Source of the DNA: Marinobacter sp. HL-58
Lineage (GTDB): Bacteria; Pseudomonadota; Gammaproteobacteria; Pseudomonadales; Oleiphilaceae
Length of the DNA stretch: 32,000 nucleotides
Assembly (NCBI RefSeq): GCF_001314605.1
Contig: NZ_LIHP01000012.1
Coordinates: 24,080-56,079 of the forward strand
Direction: 5' to 3'
Of this stretch, positions 8,794 to 17,010 are shown in pieces. A program made the position numbers and the translations under genes. Below the pieces are notes generated by a model, which was given only the letters and a program-made list of their open reading frames with translations, was not told where the DNA came from and made no database searches. Position 1 is the stretch's first letter, and every line of letters starts with the position of its first letter.

Positions 8794-11205
8794 TCATGAA
8801 GAATGACTGGGCAGACCTGTGTCAGGTCGTTCTTCCGCCTCTGCAACCTGCTGTTTCACTGCCAGGAAACTGTCGGGCGTCACCGAAATCGAGTTGATTC
8901 CTTGGCCCACCAGAAAACCGGCGAATGCCGGATGGTCGCTGGGGGCCTGACCACAGAATCCAACGGGCGTTCCTGACCGTTGCGCCTTTTCCAGAAGATC
9001 GGCGATTGCAATTTTCACCGCCTCGTCCTGTTCGTCGAACAGGGCCTTGAGCCGGTCGCTGTCGCGGTCAATGCCCAGTACCAGCTGGGTGAGGTCGTTG
9101 GAGCCGATGGAGAAACCATCGAAGCGTTCGGCAAATTCCCGGGCACGAAGGACATTGGCCGGGAGTTCAGCCATCACATAAATATCGAGGCCATACTGTC
9201 CCCTCACAAGACCTTCCTCGGCCAACACGGCGAGCACCTTGTCCGCTTCGGCGGGGGAGCGACAAAATGGAATCATGATGGCGATATTGTCCATCCCGAT
9301 CTGTTCACGGGCGCGCCGCACCGCACGGCACTCCAGGGCAAAACCCTCGCGGTAACCCTCATCGTAATAGCGTGAGGCGCCGCGCCAGCCGAGCATCGGG
9401 TTTTCCTCCTTCGGCTCGAATGCCGCACCGCCGATCAGCCGGGCGTATTCATTGGTTTTGAAATCGCTCATGCGCACGATAACCGGATGCGGGTGGTGCG
9501 CGGCTGCGATCCGGGCCATGCCCCGCGCCAGGGTGTCGACAAAATAGTCGGACTTGTCCTCATAACCCAGGGTCAATTCATCAATCCGGCGCCGGGCCTG
9601 CTTGTCTTCAAGCGTCTTATAATGCACCAGTGCCATCGGGTGAATCTTAATCATGTTGCCGATGATGAACTCCATCCGCGCCAGCCCCACACCATCCGTG
9701 GGCAAGCGCCACCAGCGGTAGGCAGAGGATGGATTCGCAAGGTTGACCATAACCCGGGTGCGGGTTTCAGGAATGTCGTCGAGATTGAGTTCGCGTTCCT
9801 CAAAGGCCAGTTTACCCTCGTAAACCACTCCCTCATCGCCCTCGGCACAGGAAACCGTGACAACCTGTCCGTCCTTGAGATTTGCCATGGCGTTGCCGGC
9901 GCCCACCAATGCGGTGAGGCCCAGTTCGCGGCTGACGATGGCTGCGTGGCTGGTACGACCACCGTGATCGGTAACGATAGCAGACGCCCGCTTCATGATG
10001 GGCACCCAGTCGGGATCGGTCATTCCGGTGACCAGCACCGCGCCTTCCTCGAAGCGGTCTATCTCCTCAGGGCTGTCGAGCTGTTGCACCTTGCCGGTCG
10101 CGATGGAGTCGCCAATGGCCAGGCCGGTCACCAGGCGTTTTCCTTCTTCCATCATCTGGTAGGACCTGAGGGTGGCGGCCTCTTTGCGGGATTGTATGGT
10201 TTCGGGCCGGGCCTGCACGATATACAGCTCGCCTGTTTCACCATCTTTCGCCCACTCCATATCCATGGGCTGCCCGTAGTGTTCCTCGATGGCCCTGGCC
10301 CAGCGCGCCAGCTGCAGGACTTCATCATCATCAAGGACAAAGCTGGCGCGCTCCTGTTTGCTGGTCGCCACCAGTTTTGTCGGGGACTTGCCTGTGCCAT
10401 AAATCATTTTCTGGCCTTTTCCCCCCAGCGTCTTTTCGACGATAGGGCGCACACCGGCCTGTTCCAGCAATGGCTTGAAGACATGGAACTCGTCCGGCTC
10501 AACCATCCCCTGCACCACGGTTTCACCCAGCCCCCAGGCGCCGGTGATCAGGATGATATCGGGGAATCCGGTTTCCGTGTCGATAGAGAACATGACTCCA
10601 GAAGCAGAGAGGTCTGACCGGACCATCTGCTGGACTCCCGCCGACAGGGCCACCTGCATGTGGTCGAAGCCGTTGTTTTCGCGATAGGCAATGGCGCGAT
10701 TGGTAAACAATGAGGCAAAGCAGCGTTTTACGGCGTCGAGCAGTGCTTCCTCACCGCGAATGTTAAGGAAGGTCTCCAGCTGTCCGGCAAAACTCGCTTC
10801 CGGCAAATCCTCGGCGGTTGCGGAACTGCGCACGGCTACGTCGGGTTCATCCCGCTCCAGGTGGGCGGAAAGGTCACGATAATGCTGACACAGGCTTTCG
10901 GCCAGCGGACCGGGGAATTTCCCCCTAAGAATCATTTTACGAACCGAATCACCCACCGCTTCAAGGTTGCTGTGGTCTTTCTTCAGGCCCGCCATTGCCT
11001 CTGTCAGCTTCTCACGGAGCTCATTGTGGTCAATAAACAGCCAGTAGGCAGCTGCTGAAGTGGCAAATCCCGAGGGCACTTTCACCCCCGAGGCCTGCAA
11101 CCGACTGACCATTTCTCCGAGTGAGGCATTCTTGCCACCCACTTTATCGCCATCGCTGCGCCCGAGGTCTGCGAACCATAAAGCGAGGGTCTGTTCATCT
11201 GACAT
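8794..11205 (-). CDS. ppsA: phosphoenolpyruvate synthase (pyruvate, water dikinase)
   Basis: 803 aa. It has VGGKNASLGEM (N-terminal ATP-binding domain), the phospho-His segment GGRTSHAAIVSRELG, and C-terminal FSIGSNDLTQL. SD AGGAG lies upstream. It starts only 24 nt after the GH65 stop. Confidence 0.95.
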   Translation of the reverse strand: MSDEQTLALWFADLGRSDGDKVGGKNASLGEMVSRLQASGVKVPSGFATSAAAYWLFIDHNELREKLTEAMAGLKKDHSNLEAVGDSVRKMILRGKFPGPLAESLCQHYRDLSAHLERDEPDVAVRSSATAEDLPEASFAGQLETFLNIRGEEALLDAVKRCFASLFTNRAIAYRENNGFDHMQVALSAGVQQMVRSDLSASGVMFSIDTETGFPDIILITGAWGLGETVVQGMVEPDEFHVFKPLLEQAGVRPIVEKTLGGKGQKMIYGTGKSPTKLVATSKQERASFVLDDDEVLQLARWARAIEEHYGQPMDMEWAKDGETGELYIVQARPETIQSRKEAATLRSYQMMEEGKRLVTGLAIGDSIATGKVQQLDSPEEIDRFEEGAVLVTGMTDPDWVPIMKRASAIVTDHGGRTSHAAIVSRELGLTALVGAGNAMANLKDGQVVTVSCAEGDEGVVYEGKLAFEERELNLDDIPETRTRVMVNLANPSSAYRWWRLPTDGVGLARMEFIIGNMIKIHPMALVHYKTLEDKQARRRIDELTLGYEDKSDYFVDTLARGMARIAAAHHPHPVIVRMSDFKTNEYARLIGGAAFEPKEENPMLGWRGASRYYDEGYREGFALECRAVRRAREQIGMDNIAIMIPFCRSPAEADKVLAVLAEEGLVRGQYGLDIYVMAELPANVLRAREFAERFDGFSIGSNDLTQLVLGIDRDSDRLKALFDEQDEAVKIAIADLLEKAQRSGTPVGFCGQAPSDHPAFAGFLVGQGINSISVTPDSFLAVKQQVAEAEERPDTGLPSHSS

Positions 11206-11229
11206 GGCGTTGACTCCTTCGTGGACTGT

Positions 11230-13650
11230 TCAGTGTTTGATCAGCCGGAACTGGTAATGTGAGCCGGGGCTGACCGCATGAAACAGGCCCCGGTATGCAA
11301 TGGTGACAGGATCTGCTGTCAACTGGCGGCTGCTGACCCGAAGTCGGTCTTTGGTTACCTCGAGGTCCAGCTTCTGTCTTCTGTACCACAGGCATGTTTT
11401 CAACCGGTGGATCTCGTCCGGCAAGGTGGGATTCAGAAACAGCACATCCCCCTGGACTTCAAGGCCCAGATAGCAGCGCTGAATCAGATCAACGGTACCG
11501 GCCATCGCCCCCAGATGGATGCCTTCCGGTGTCGTGCCCCCCTGGATATCGCTGATGTCGCTGTCCAGTGCGTTCTGAAACAGTTGCCATGAATGCTGTC
11601 GGTCGCTTCGCGCCAGCACCCACGAGTGCAGGACCCAGCTCAGGGTCGAGCCATGGGAGGTTCTGTGGAGATAATAATCCACGTTTCTCGGAATGGTATG
11701 GGGGTCAAACGGATAGCCAAGCTGTTCGAAAATTTGCTTCAGCTCTTCCGCTGTGAACAGATAGAACAGCATCAGGACATCGGCCTGTTTCGAGGCCTTG
11801 TAGCGATTGGTGTCATCACCTTCCGCCTCAAGAATGCGGTCAAGCCGGTGGATATCGCCGTATTTTTTCCGGGCGCCATTCCAGTCGAACTCTTCCAGGT
11901 CTTCATAGCCTTCAAACTGACTGATAATCCCCTCTTCGTTGAGAGGAACAAACAGTTTGCGGCTGACGTCATGCCAGCGTTCAACTTCCTCGCCGGTGAT
12001 ACCCAGTTCTTCACAAAGCTGACGCGCACGGTCCGGTGGCAGAATTTCCAGTACCTGACAGGCGCGAGTGAGCACCCAGGCCGCCATCACATTGGTGTAG
12101 GCATTATTATCCAGGCCACCCTCTGTGGAAGGGTCTGCGCCAGGATAGGCGGTGTGGTACTCATCCGGGCCCATGACCCGGCAAATGTCGTAGCGACCCC
12201 GCTGTGCATTCCAGGAGACGATGCCGGCCCAGAAACGGGCGATCTCCAGCAGCATTTCGGCGCCGTATTCCTCCATGAATTCACAATCGCCACTCACTTC
12301 ATAGTAGTGCCAGAGATTGTAAACAATGGCGGAATTGACATGCCGCTGGCGGTTGCTGTTATCCGGAATCCATCGCCCCGATTCCGGATTCAGGTGCAGA
12401 ACCTGGCTTTCTTCCCGTCCGCTGCTCCCGCTCTGCCACGGGAACATCGCACCACTGAACCCGGCTTCCCGGGCCAGGCTTCTCGCAGCAGGTAATCGGC
12501 GATAGCGATATTGCAAAAGCGCGCGGCAACGGGCGGGGGCATGGGCGACAATAAGAGGAAATATGAACAGTTCATCCCACATGATGTGAGCACGGTAGGC
12601 CTCACCGTTCCAGCCCCGGGGGGGCACACCGACATCCAGATCATTGGTGTGGCGCGTTACGGTCTGCAACAGGTGAAAAACATGGAGGCGCAGTTTCATC
12701 GAGAGGTCGACGCCACCGTCGCTATCGATCTCCAGCTCAAACAATTCCCACAGGTGCTGCCAGGCATTCTCATGACTGGCAAGGAGTGCATCGAAATCAC
12801 CGGCCGGAGGAAGCTTTTCCTTTGCCGCAAGCAGTGGCTCGGAGATGCCCCGATCCCGGGAGGTAAACAGGGAGGCAATCTTCTCCACCCTGGTGGTATC
12901 TCCCGGCGCGACATCCACCGAGACCTCCTGTGCAACCAGGCCCTTGCAAACGTCCGCAGCATGATCCGGGTGAATGACTCTGCCGTTATGATAAAGGCGG
13001 GTTCGCGCGGCCTGCGCTATCTCGATCCGGGATTGCACGGTCCGGCTTCTCAGCCAGATGATCTCATTCCCCATCGCCCCCGCATCCAGAGGCTCGAGAT
13101 GACGTCCTCTCAGACTTTGATAGCGTGCCACGCCCATATTGGTGACCGTTCCGTCCAGGCCGGAACGCACGGTCAGGCAGCCTGACCAGTTTTCCGCAGT
13201 AATGGTTACCTCCAGGCCAGCAAGGTGTGCGTCCACCATGCTGACAAAACGCCGCTCCTCGACTCTTGTGATACGGTCCTGGTCATCGCAAAATCGCAAT
13301 GTGCGGCTCAGCACTCCCCGACGAAGATCGAGCACTTGCCGATAATCCATGAAGGTCAACTGGTCCGGGTTCAGCCAGGGCCCGTCGTCCACGCGAATCA
13401 TCAGCACAAGCCAGTTGGGAATGTTGACCAGATCCTCATTCTCGATCTCACGGCCTTCAATTTCGGTGGTAAGCCGGTTGTAGCCTCCGGCGAGATAGGA
13501 CCCCGGATAATGGAACTTGCCGGCGGTGACATCCGGGGCCGCGCCGCGGGTGCAAAAGTAACCATTGCCAAGCGCGCATAATGTCTCGCGCAGCCCCTCA
13601 TGCTGCGGCTCATAGCCCTCGTACTCAAGCAGCCAGCCCTTGTCGCTCAT
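11230..13650 (-). CDS. glycoside hydrolase family 65 protein (disaccharide phosphorylase type: trehalose/kojibiose/maltose class, substrate not assignable)
   Basis: 806 aa. The N-terminus LRETLCALGNGYFCTRGA and a VMGPDEYH segment are features I associate with GH65 phosphorylases and their catalytic Glu. The start overlaps the upstream gene's stop (ATGA at 13647-13650). Confidence 0.88.
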   Translation of the reverse strand: MSDKGWLLEYEGYEPQHEGLRETLCALGNGYFCTRGAAPDVTAGKFHYPGSYLAGGYNRLTTEIEGREIENEDLVNIPNWLVLMIRVDDGPWLNPDQLTFMDYRQVLDLRRGVLSRTLRFCDDQDRITRVEERRFVSMVDAHLAGLEVTITAENWSGCLTVRSGLDGTVTNMGVARYQSLRGRHLEPLDAGAMGNEIIWLRSRTVQSRIEIAQAARTRLYHNGRVIHPDHAADVCKGLVAQEVSVDVAPGDTTRVEKIASLFTSRDRGISEPLLAAKEKLPPAGDFDALLASHENAWQHLWELFELEIDSDGGVDLSMKLRLHVFHLLQTVTRHTNDLDVGVPPRGWNGEAYRAHIMWDELFIFPLIVAHAPARCRALLQYRYRRLPAARSLAREAGFSGAMFPWQSGSSGREESQVLHLNPESGRWIPDNSNRQRHVNSAIVYNLWHYYEVSGDCEFMEEYGAEMLLEIARFWAGIVSWNAQRGRYDICRVMGPDEYHTAYPGADPSTEGGLDNNAYTNVMAAWVLTRACQVLEILPPDRARQLCEELGITGEEVERWHDVSRKLFVPLNEEGIISQFEGYEDLEEFDWNGARKKYGDIHRLDRILEAEGDDTNRYKASKQADVLMLFYLFTAEELKQIFEQLGYPFDPHTIPRNVDYYLHRTSHGSTLSWVLHSWVLARSDRQHSWQLFQNALDSDISDIQGGTTPEGIHLGAMAGTVDLIQRCYLGLEVQGDVLFLNPTLPDEIHRLKTCLWYRRQKLDLEVTKDRLRVSSRQLTADPVTIAYRGLFHAVSPGSHYQFRLIKH

Positions 13651-15281
13651 GCGTTACCTCCGGTTGCAGTGATCATGGACAGCCACTTCAGGAAATCCGC
13701 CACCTCATCGGTGTCCTCCAGCGCGTAATGGGCAATGGTTTGCCGTTCGCTGTCGTCGCGCACCACTATTCCGATGCCCCCACAGCCCCCTTCTTCCTGC
13801 CTGAGGACACGGAACGCGTCTTCATCCGTAGTATCGTCACCAATATAGATCGGCACCACATCGGGACCTTTCTCATGGCCGAATCGTTCCAGTAGCCACA
13901 ACAGGGCCTGTCCTTTGTTCCAGTCGGTACGGGGCTTCACATCAAACACTTTCTTGCCGGAGGATTTGCGCAGGCGGGGGTGATCGGAAAGTACCCGGTC
14001 CACGACTTTCTCCACTGCAGGCACACGATTGTCTGCTACCTGTCGGTAATGAACAGCGATGGAGAATTTTTTGCGCTCCACAGAGGCGCCGTCGATATCA
14101 GCGAGTTCTTTCATCAAGCTGGCTTCGGCGGAATCCAGATCAGGGAGGAATGCCTTTCCCTGCTGAAGCTCTTCATGCCAGCCCTCGGGCCCGGCGATAT
14201 CGAATCCGTGACTACCCGCATAAAAGATCTGATCCAGGCCTACAAGCCCGCGAACATTTTCCAGGTCGCGTCCGCTGATAACAGCCACTGTGCACGTCTG
14301 AGCGAGTTGGTCGATAACAGTCCGCATTTCCCCGCTCAGTTCGGCCTTGCGATAGTCTTCGACGATCGGGGTCAGGGTGCCGTCATAATCCAGGAACAGG
14401 GCGACATGCTTGCCCTGCAAGCGTTCTTTCACGTCCTTGCGGGCTTTCCACAATGAGGGAATGTCGTGCAGGGGCGCAGCATATACACTGCGTCTCTGGT
14501 GTTCCAGAAGTTCACCCAGTGTGTCGGTTACGACATGCGCTCCACTGGTTTGTAACGCCTGACTGTGGCTCGACTCTCCACGGCTGACCCCCACAACCAG
14601 TGCAAAACCGCCACCGGCGGCGGCTTCCACGCCCGCCACTGCGTCCTCAATAACAACCGCCCGTTCAGGTCGAACCCCAAGGCGGGACGCAGCTTGCAGA
14701 AAGATGGCGGGATCAGGCTTGCCCGGCAGGTTTTGCTCGGCCATGTCGATGCCATCCACCTTGACCGCAAACAAATCCGAGATTCCCGCATTGGCAAGCA
14801 CGGCTTCGCAGTTTCTGCTGGCGGAAATAACCGCAGCGCTGATACCGGCCTCGTTCAGGCTTTGCAGCATCTCCAGGGCATCGGGAAAGATATCCACCCT
14901 ATGGCTTTCAAGCCATTCGCGGAAATACCGGTTCTTGCGATTGCCAAGACCGCAGACTGTTTCCCGGTCAGGGGCGTCGTAAGGATCGCCCCACGGCAAT
15001 CGGATATGCCTGGATTCCAGGAAATCCCGCACGCCGTCATACCGGGGCTTGCCGTCCAGGTATTCACTGTAATCCTCGTGACTGAATGGTGCCAGACCGG
15101 ACTGTCGTGCCGCCCCATACTCTTTCAGGTAGTCATCGAACAGTTGCTTCCACGCGGCTTCATGAGCACGACGGGTGTCCGTAATGACCCCATCGAGATC
15201 GAATATCACCGCATCAATCTTCGCCGGATCCAGCGGAACCAGAGAGGGTCTTGCAGAACAGGTACCTGCGTGTCCATTCAT
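13647..15281 (-). CDS. two-domain HAD protein: beta-phosphoglucomutase-like hydrolase fused to a trehalose-6-phosphate-phosphatase (OtsB)-like domain
   Basis: The N-terminal half has HAD motif I AVIFDLDGVITDT, GKPDPAIFL and VVIEDAVAGVEAA (beta-PGM subfamily style). The C-terminal half has a second motif I LFLDYDGTLTPIV and YIGDDTTDEDAF (OtsB style). Confidence 0.85.
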   Translation of the reverse strand: MNGHAGTCSARPSLVPLDPAKIDAVIFDLDGVITDTRRAHEAAWKQLFDDYLKEYGAARQSGLAPFSHEDYSEYLDGKPRYDGVRDFLESRHIRLPWGDPYDAPDRETVCGLGNRKNRYFREWLESHRVDIFPDALEMLQSLNEAGISAAVISASRNCEAVLANAGISDLFAVKVDGIDMAEQNLPGKPDPAIFLQAASRLGVRPERAVVIEDAVAGVEAAAGGGFALVVGVSRGESSHSQALQTSGAHVVTDTLGELLEHQRRSVYAAPLHDIPSLWKARKDVKERLQGKHVALFLDYDGTLTPIVEDYRKAELSGEMRTVIDQLAQTCTVAVISGRDLENVRGLVGLDQIFYAGSHGFDIAGPEGWHEELQQGKAFLPDLDSAEASLMKELADIDGASVERKKFSIAVHYRQVADNRVPAVEKVVDRVLSDHPRLRKSSGKKVFDVKPRTDWNKGQALLWLLERFGHEKGPDVVPIYIGDDTTDEDAFRVLRQEEGGCGGIGIVVRDDSERQTIAHYALEDTDEVADFLKWLSMITATGGNA

Positions 15282-15325
15282 TTTATAACCTTATTACTCA
15301 GACCTTTCTCAGCATTGCTGTCACC

Positions 15326-16240
15326 TCACATCGTATCGGCACAAGCAATTCGGCGTTCTGCGCGATCAAGACCCTGTGCGTATCGGGCAAGATCTGCCCA
15401 GGGATCATCCGTCTGCCCCAGGCGCCTCAATATATTGCCCATGTGGTATTTACGGGGCGTCAGATTCCCGCAACCCACCTCATCCCATTTCAGCGGTGTC
15501 GCAATCGGAGCACCCTGGAGTGCGCGAACGGCATAGGGTGCAACCGCGGTCTGGCCATAACCGTTGCGCAAATCATCGAGAAAAACCCGTGTACCACGCA
15601 TGTTCCTGCGCTGTTCAATAGTCATTAAATCGGCATGCTGTTCTGCAAGTTTGCGGCAAACGCGATGACTGAAGGCGCGTACCTGCTGGAAATCGGCTTT
15701 TCGGTCCAATGGAACCAGAACGTGAAGGCCACGGGAACCGGTGGTCTGCACGAATGAAACCAGGCCCAGACGGTCCAGCAGCGTCTTGAGGTGAGTGGCA
15801 GTGGTGCGGACCTTGCCAAAGTCATCGTCAGAAGGGTCAAGGTCAAAAATCATCCGGTCGGGGTGGTTGTGTCGGTCCGTCCGGGAAAGGGCAAGGTGGG
15901 GAGTGATGCAGGCCTGATCGGCCAGATAGACGAGAGTGGCGGTATTGTTGGCCACCACGGAGGTCACCTCACCGCCCTCTTTGGGCAGAGTGGCGCGATC
16001 GATCCAATCGGGAAAGTAGTCAGCAATATGCTTCTGGAAAAAGCCACGCTCGCCGATGCCATCGGGATAGCGGTGCATGGTCAAAGCGCGCTTGCGGTAA
16101 TGGGGAAGTGCCACGTCCGCGATCTTCAGGTAGTACTTCGCCAGTTCGAGCTTGCTGATGTTCGGAGACTTGAACATCAGCTTTTCAGGATTGCCGATCG
16201 CAATATCAAGTCCACCCGCTTTCAATACAGCATCCGTCAT
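15326..16240 (-). CDS. stand-alone LigD-type polymerase/primase (AEP) domain protein
   Basis: Motifs seen: RMIFDLDPS, QTTGSRGLHVLVPL, NGYGQTAVAPYAVR. It is colinear with the Pol domain of bacterial LigD. The track ORF extends to 16414, but ATG 16240 has GGGAGG 7 nt upstream and begins MTDAVLKAGGLDI.... Confidence 0.9.
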   Translation of the reverse strand: MTDAVLKAGGLDIAIGNPEKLMFKSPNISKLELAKYYLKIADVALPHYRKRALTMHRYPDGIGERGFFQKHIADYFPDWIDRATLPKEGGEVTSVVANNTATLVYLADQACITPHLALSRTDRHNHPDRMIFDLDPSDDDFGKVRTTATHLKTLLDRLGLVSFVQTTGSRGLHVLVPLDRKADFQQVRAFSHRVCRKLAEQHADLMTIEQRRNMRGTRVFLDDLRNGYGQTAVAPYAVRALQGAPIATPLKWDEVGCGNLTPRKYHMGNILRRLGQTDDPWADLARYAQGLDRAERRIACADTM

Positions 16241-16271
16241 TTTCAAGCCTCCCGGCAACTCGCGCCTCACG

Positions 16272-16871
16272 CTATGAGGCGGCGTCCTCATCTGCATTCG
16301 TCGCGATCTGCCTGATCGTGCGCCCGGTGAGCACCGACTTCGGCTCGGTGGAAACCGGGTTGCGACGAGCATCGGCGTATTGGTCATCCATCTTGACCAA
16401 CAGCCAGCGTGCATCAGCGCCGGAACCGGTGCGTTGCAATGCGTAGCCGCCCTTTAGTTTTTTCCCGAACAGTTGGATCAAGACATGACCCGCCGCTAAT
16501 GCCTCGTCGATTGGCTGTATCTCGCCGTCCTTTTCGGTGATGTTGCGGTAACAACCGCAGTCCCAGACGAGAACAGTCCCTGCACCGTATTTACCTTCGG
16601 GAATCACGCCTTCGAAATCAGCGTATTCCAGCGCATGGTCCTCGGTAGGAATCATGAGGCGCTTTTTACCAGGATCAGTGGAGGGGCCTTTGGGAACAGC
16701 CCAACTCTTGAGCACGTTGCCCACCTCAATGCGAAAATCGTAATGCACAGTGGAAGCATCGTGCTTTTGAACCACGAACCGTGGGCGCTTTGCCGGACCG
16801 CTGCTACGCGACCTGCGGAGCTCGCCGGAGTGGTCGAACGTGTTTTTTGCGGTCGGTACTTTCATTGACAT
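16272..16871 (-). CDS. stand-alone LigD-type 3'-phosphoesterase (PE) domain protein
   Basis: RFVVQKHDASTVHYDFRIE..LKSWAVPKGPS...EDHALEYADFEGVIPEGKYGAGTVLVWD is nearly colinear with the P. aeruginosa LigD PE domain. Starts at ATG 16871 or 16865 (the track uses TTG 16883). The stop is 31 nt before the Pol gene. Confidence 0.9.
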   Translation of the reverse strand: MSMKVPTAKNTFDHSGELRRSRSSGPAKRPRFVVQKHDASTVHYDFRIEVGNVLKSWAVPKGPSTDPGKKRLMIPTEDHALEYADFEGVIPEGKYGAGTVLVWDCGCYRNITEKDGEIQPIDEALAAGHVLIQLFGKKLKGGYALQRTGSGADARWLLVKMDDQYADARRNPVSTEPKSVLTGRTIRQIATNADEDAAS

Positions 16872-16936
16872 AAATCCCAACAACTCACGCTTTTGGCCAG
16901 ATTATGTCAATACACTACTCTCGGCGAATCCGCCTT

Positions 16937-16980
16937 CAGTTGATCCCGGTCAAGTCCGTCCCCGGGCATTTATTCGATAA
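16937..16980 (+). repeat. conserved promoter module, copy A (contains box 3)
   Basis: cagttgatcccggtcaagtccgtccccgggcatttattcgataa matches 36/44 positions of 20966..21009 without gaps. Confidence 0.8.
16940..16953. promoter_or_regulatory. FNR/ANR-type box 3 (TTGATcccgGTCAA) in the divergent PE/ligase intergenic region
   Basis: 9/10 to consensus. GATAAA (16976-16981, 4/6 to TATAAT) starts 29.5 bp from the centre on the + strand. TAGTGT (complement of 16912-16917, 3/6) sits at the mirror distance on the - strand. One site could therefore serve both directions. Confidence 0.5.
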
Positions 16981-17010
16981 ACAAGGTCCATGGTGGGGAG
17001 ATTGAGCAGG

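Noticed and set aside
8718-8846. 5' extension of the P-type ATPase ORF (MQRRKNDLTQ...) overlapping the ppsA 3' end
   Set aside because: The extension has no similarity to ATPase N-termini and would overlap ppsA by 53 nt. ATG 8717 has a GGGAG SD and gives the usual N-terminal region.
16939-16975. Sigma-32 heat-shock promoter reading of the shared module (GTTGAT ... GGGCATTTA resembles CTTGAA-N13-15-CCCCATTTA)
   Set aside because: The gap between the TTGA hexamer and CATTTA is 22 nt, about 5 nt longer than in groE/dnaK-type promoters. The second half-site is too close (11 nt), and CCC is replaced by GGG. The palindromic FNR-type interpretation explains all five sites; sigma-32 does not.
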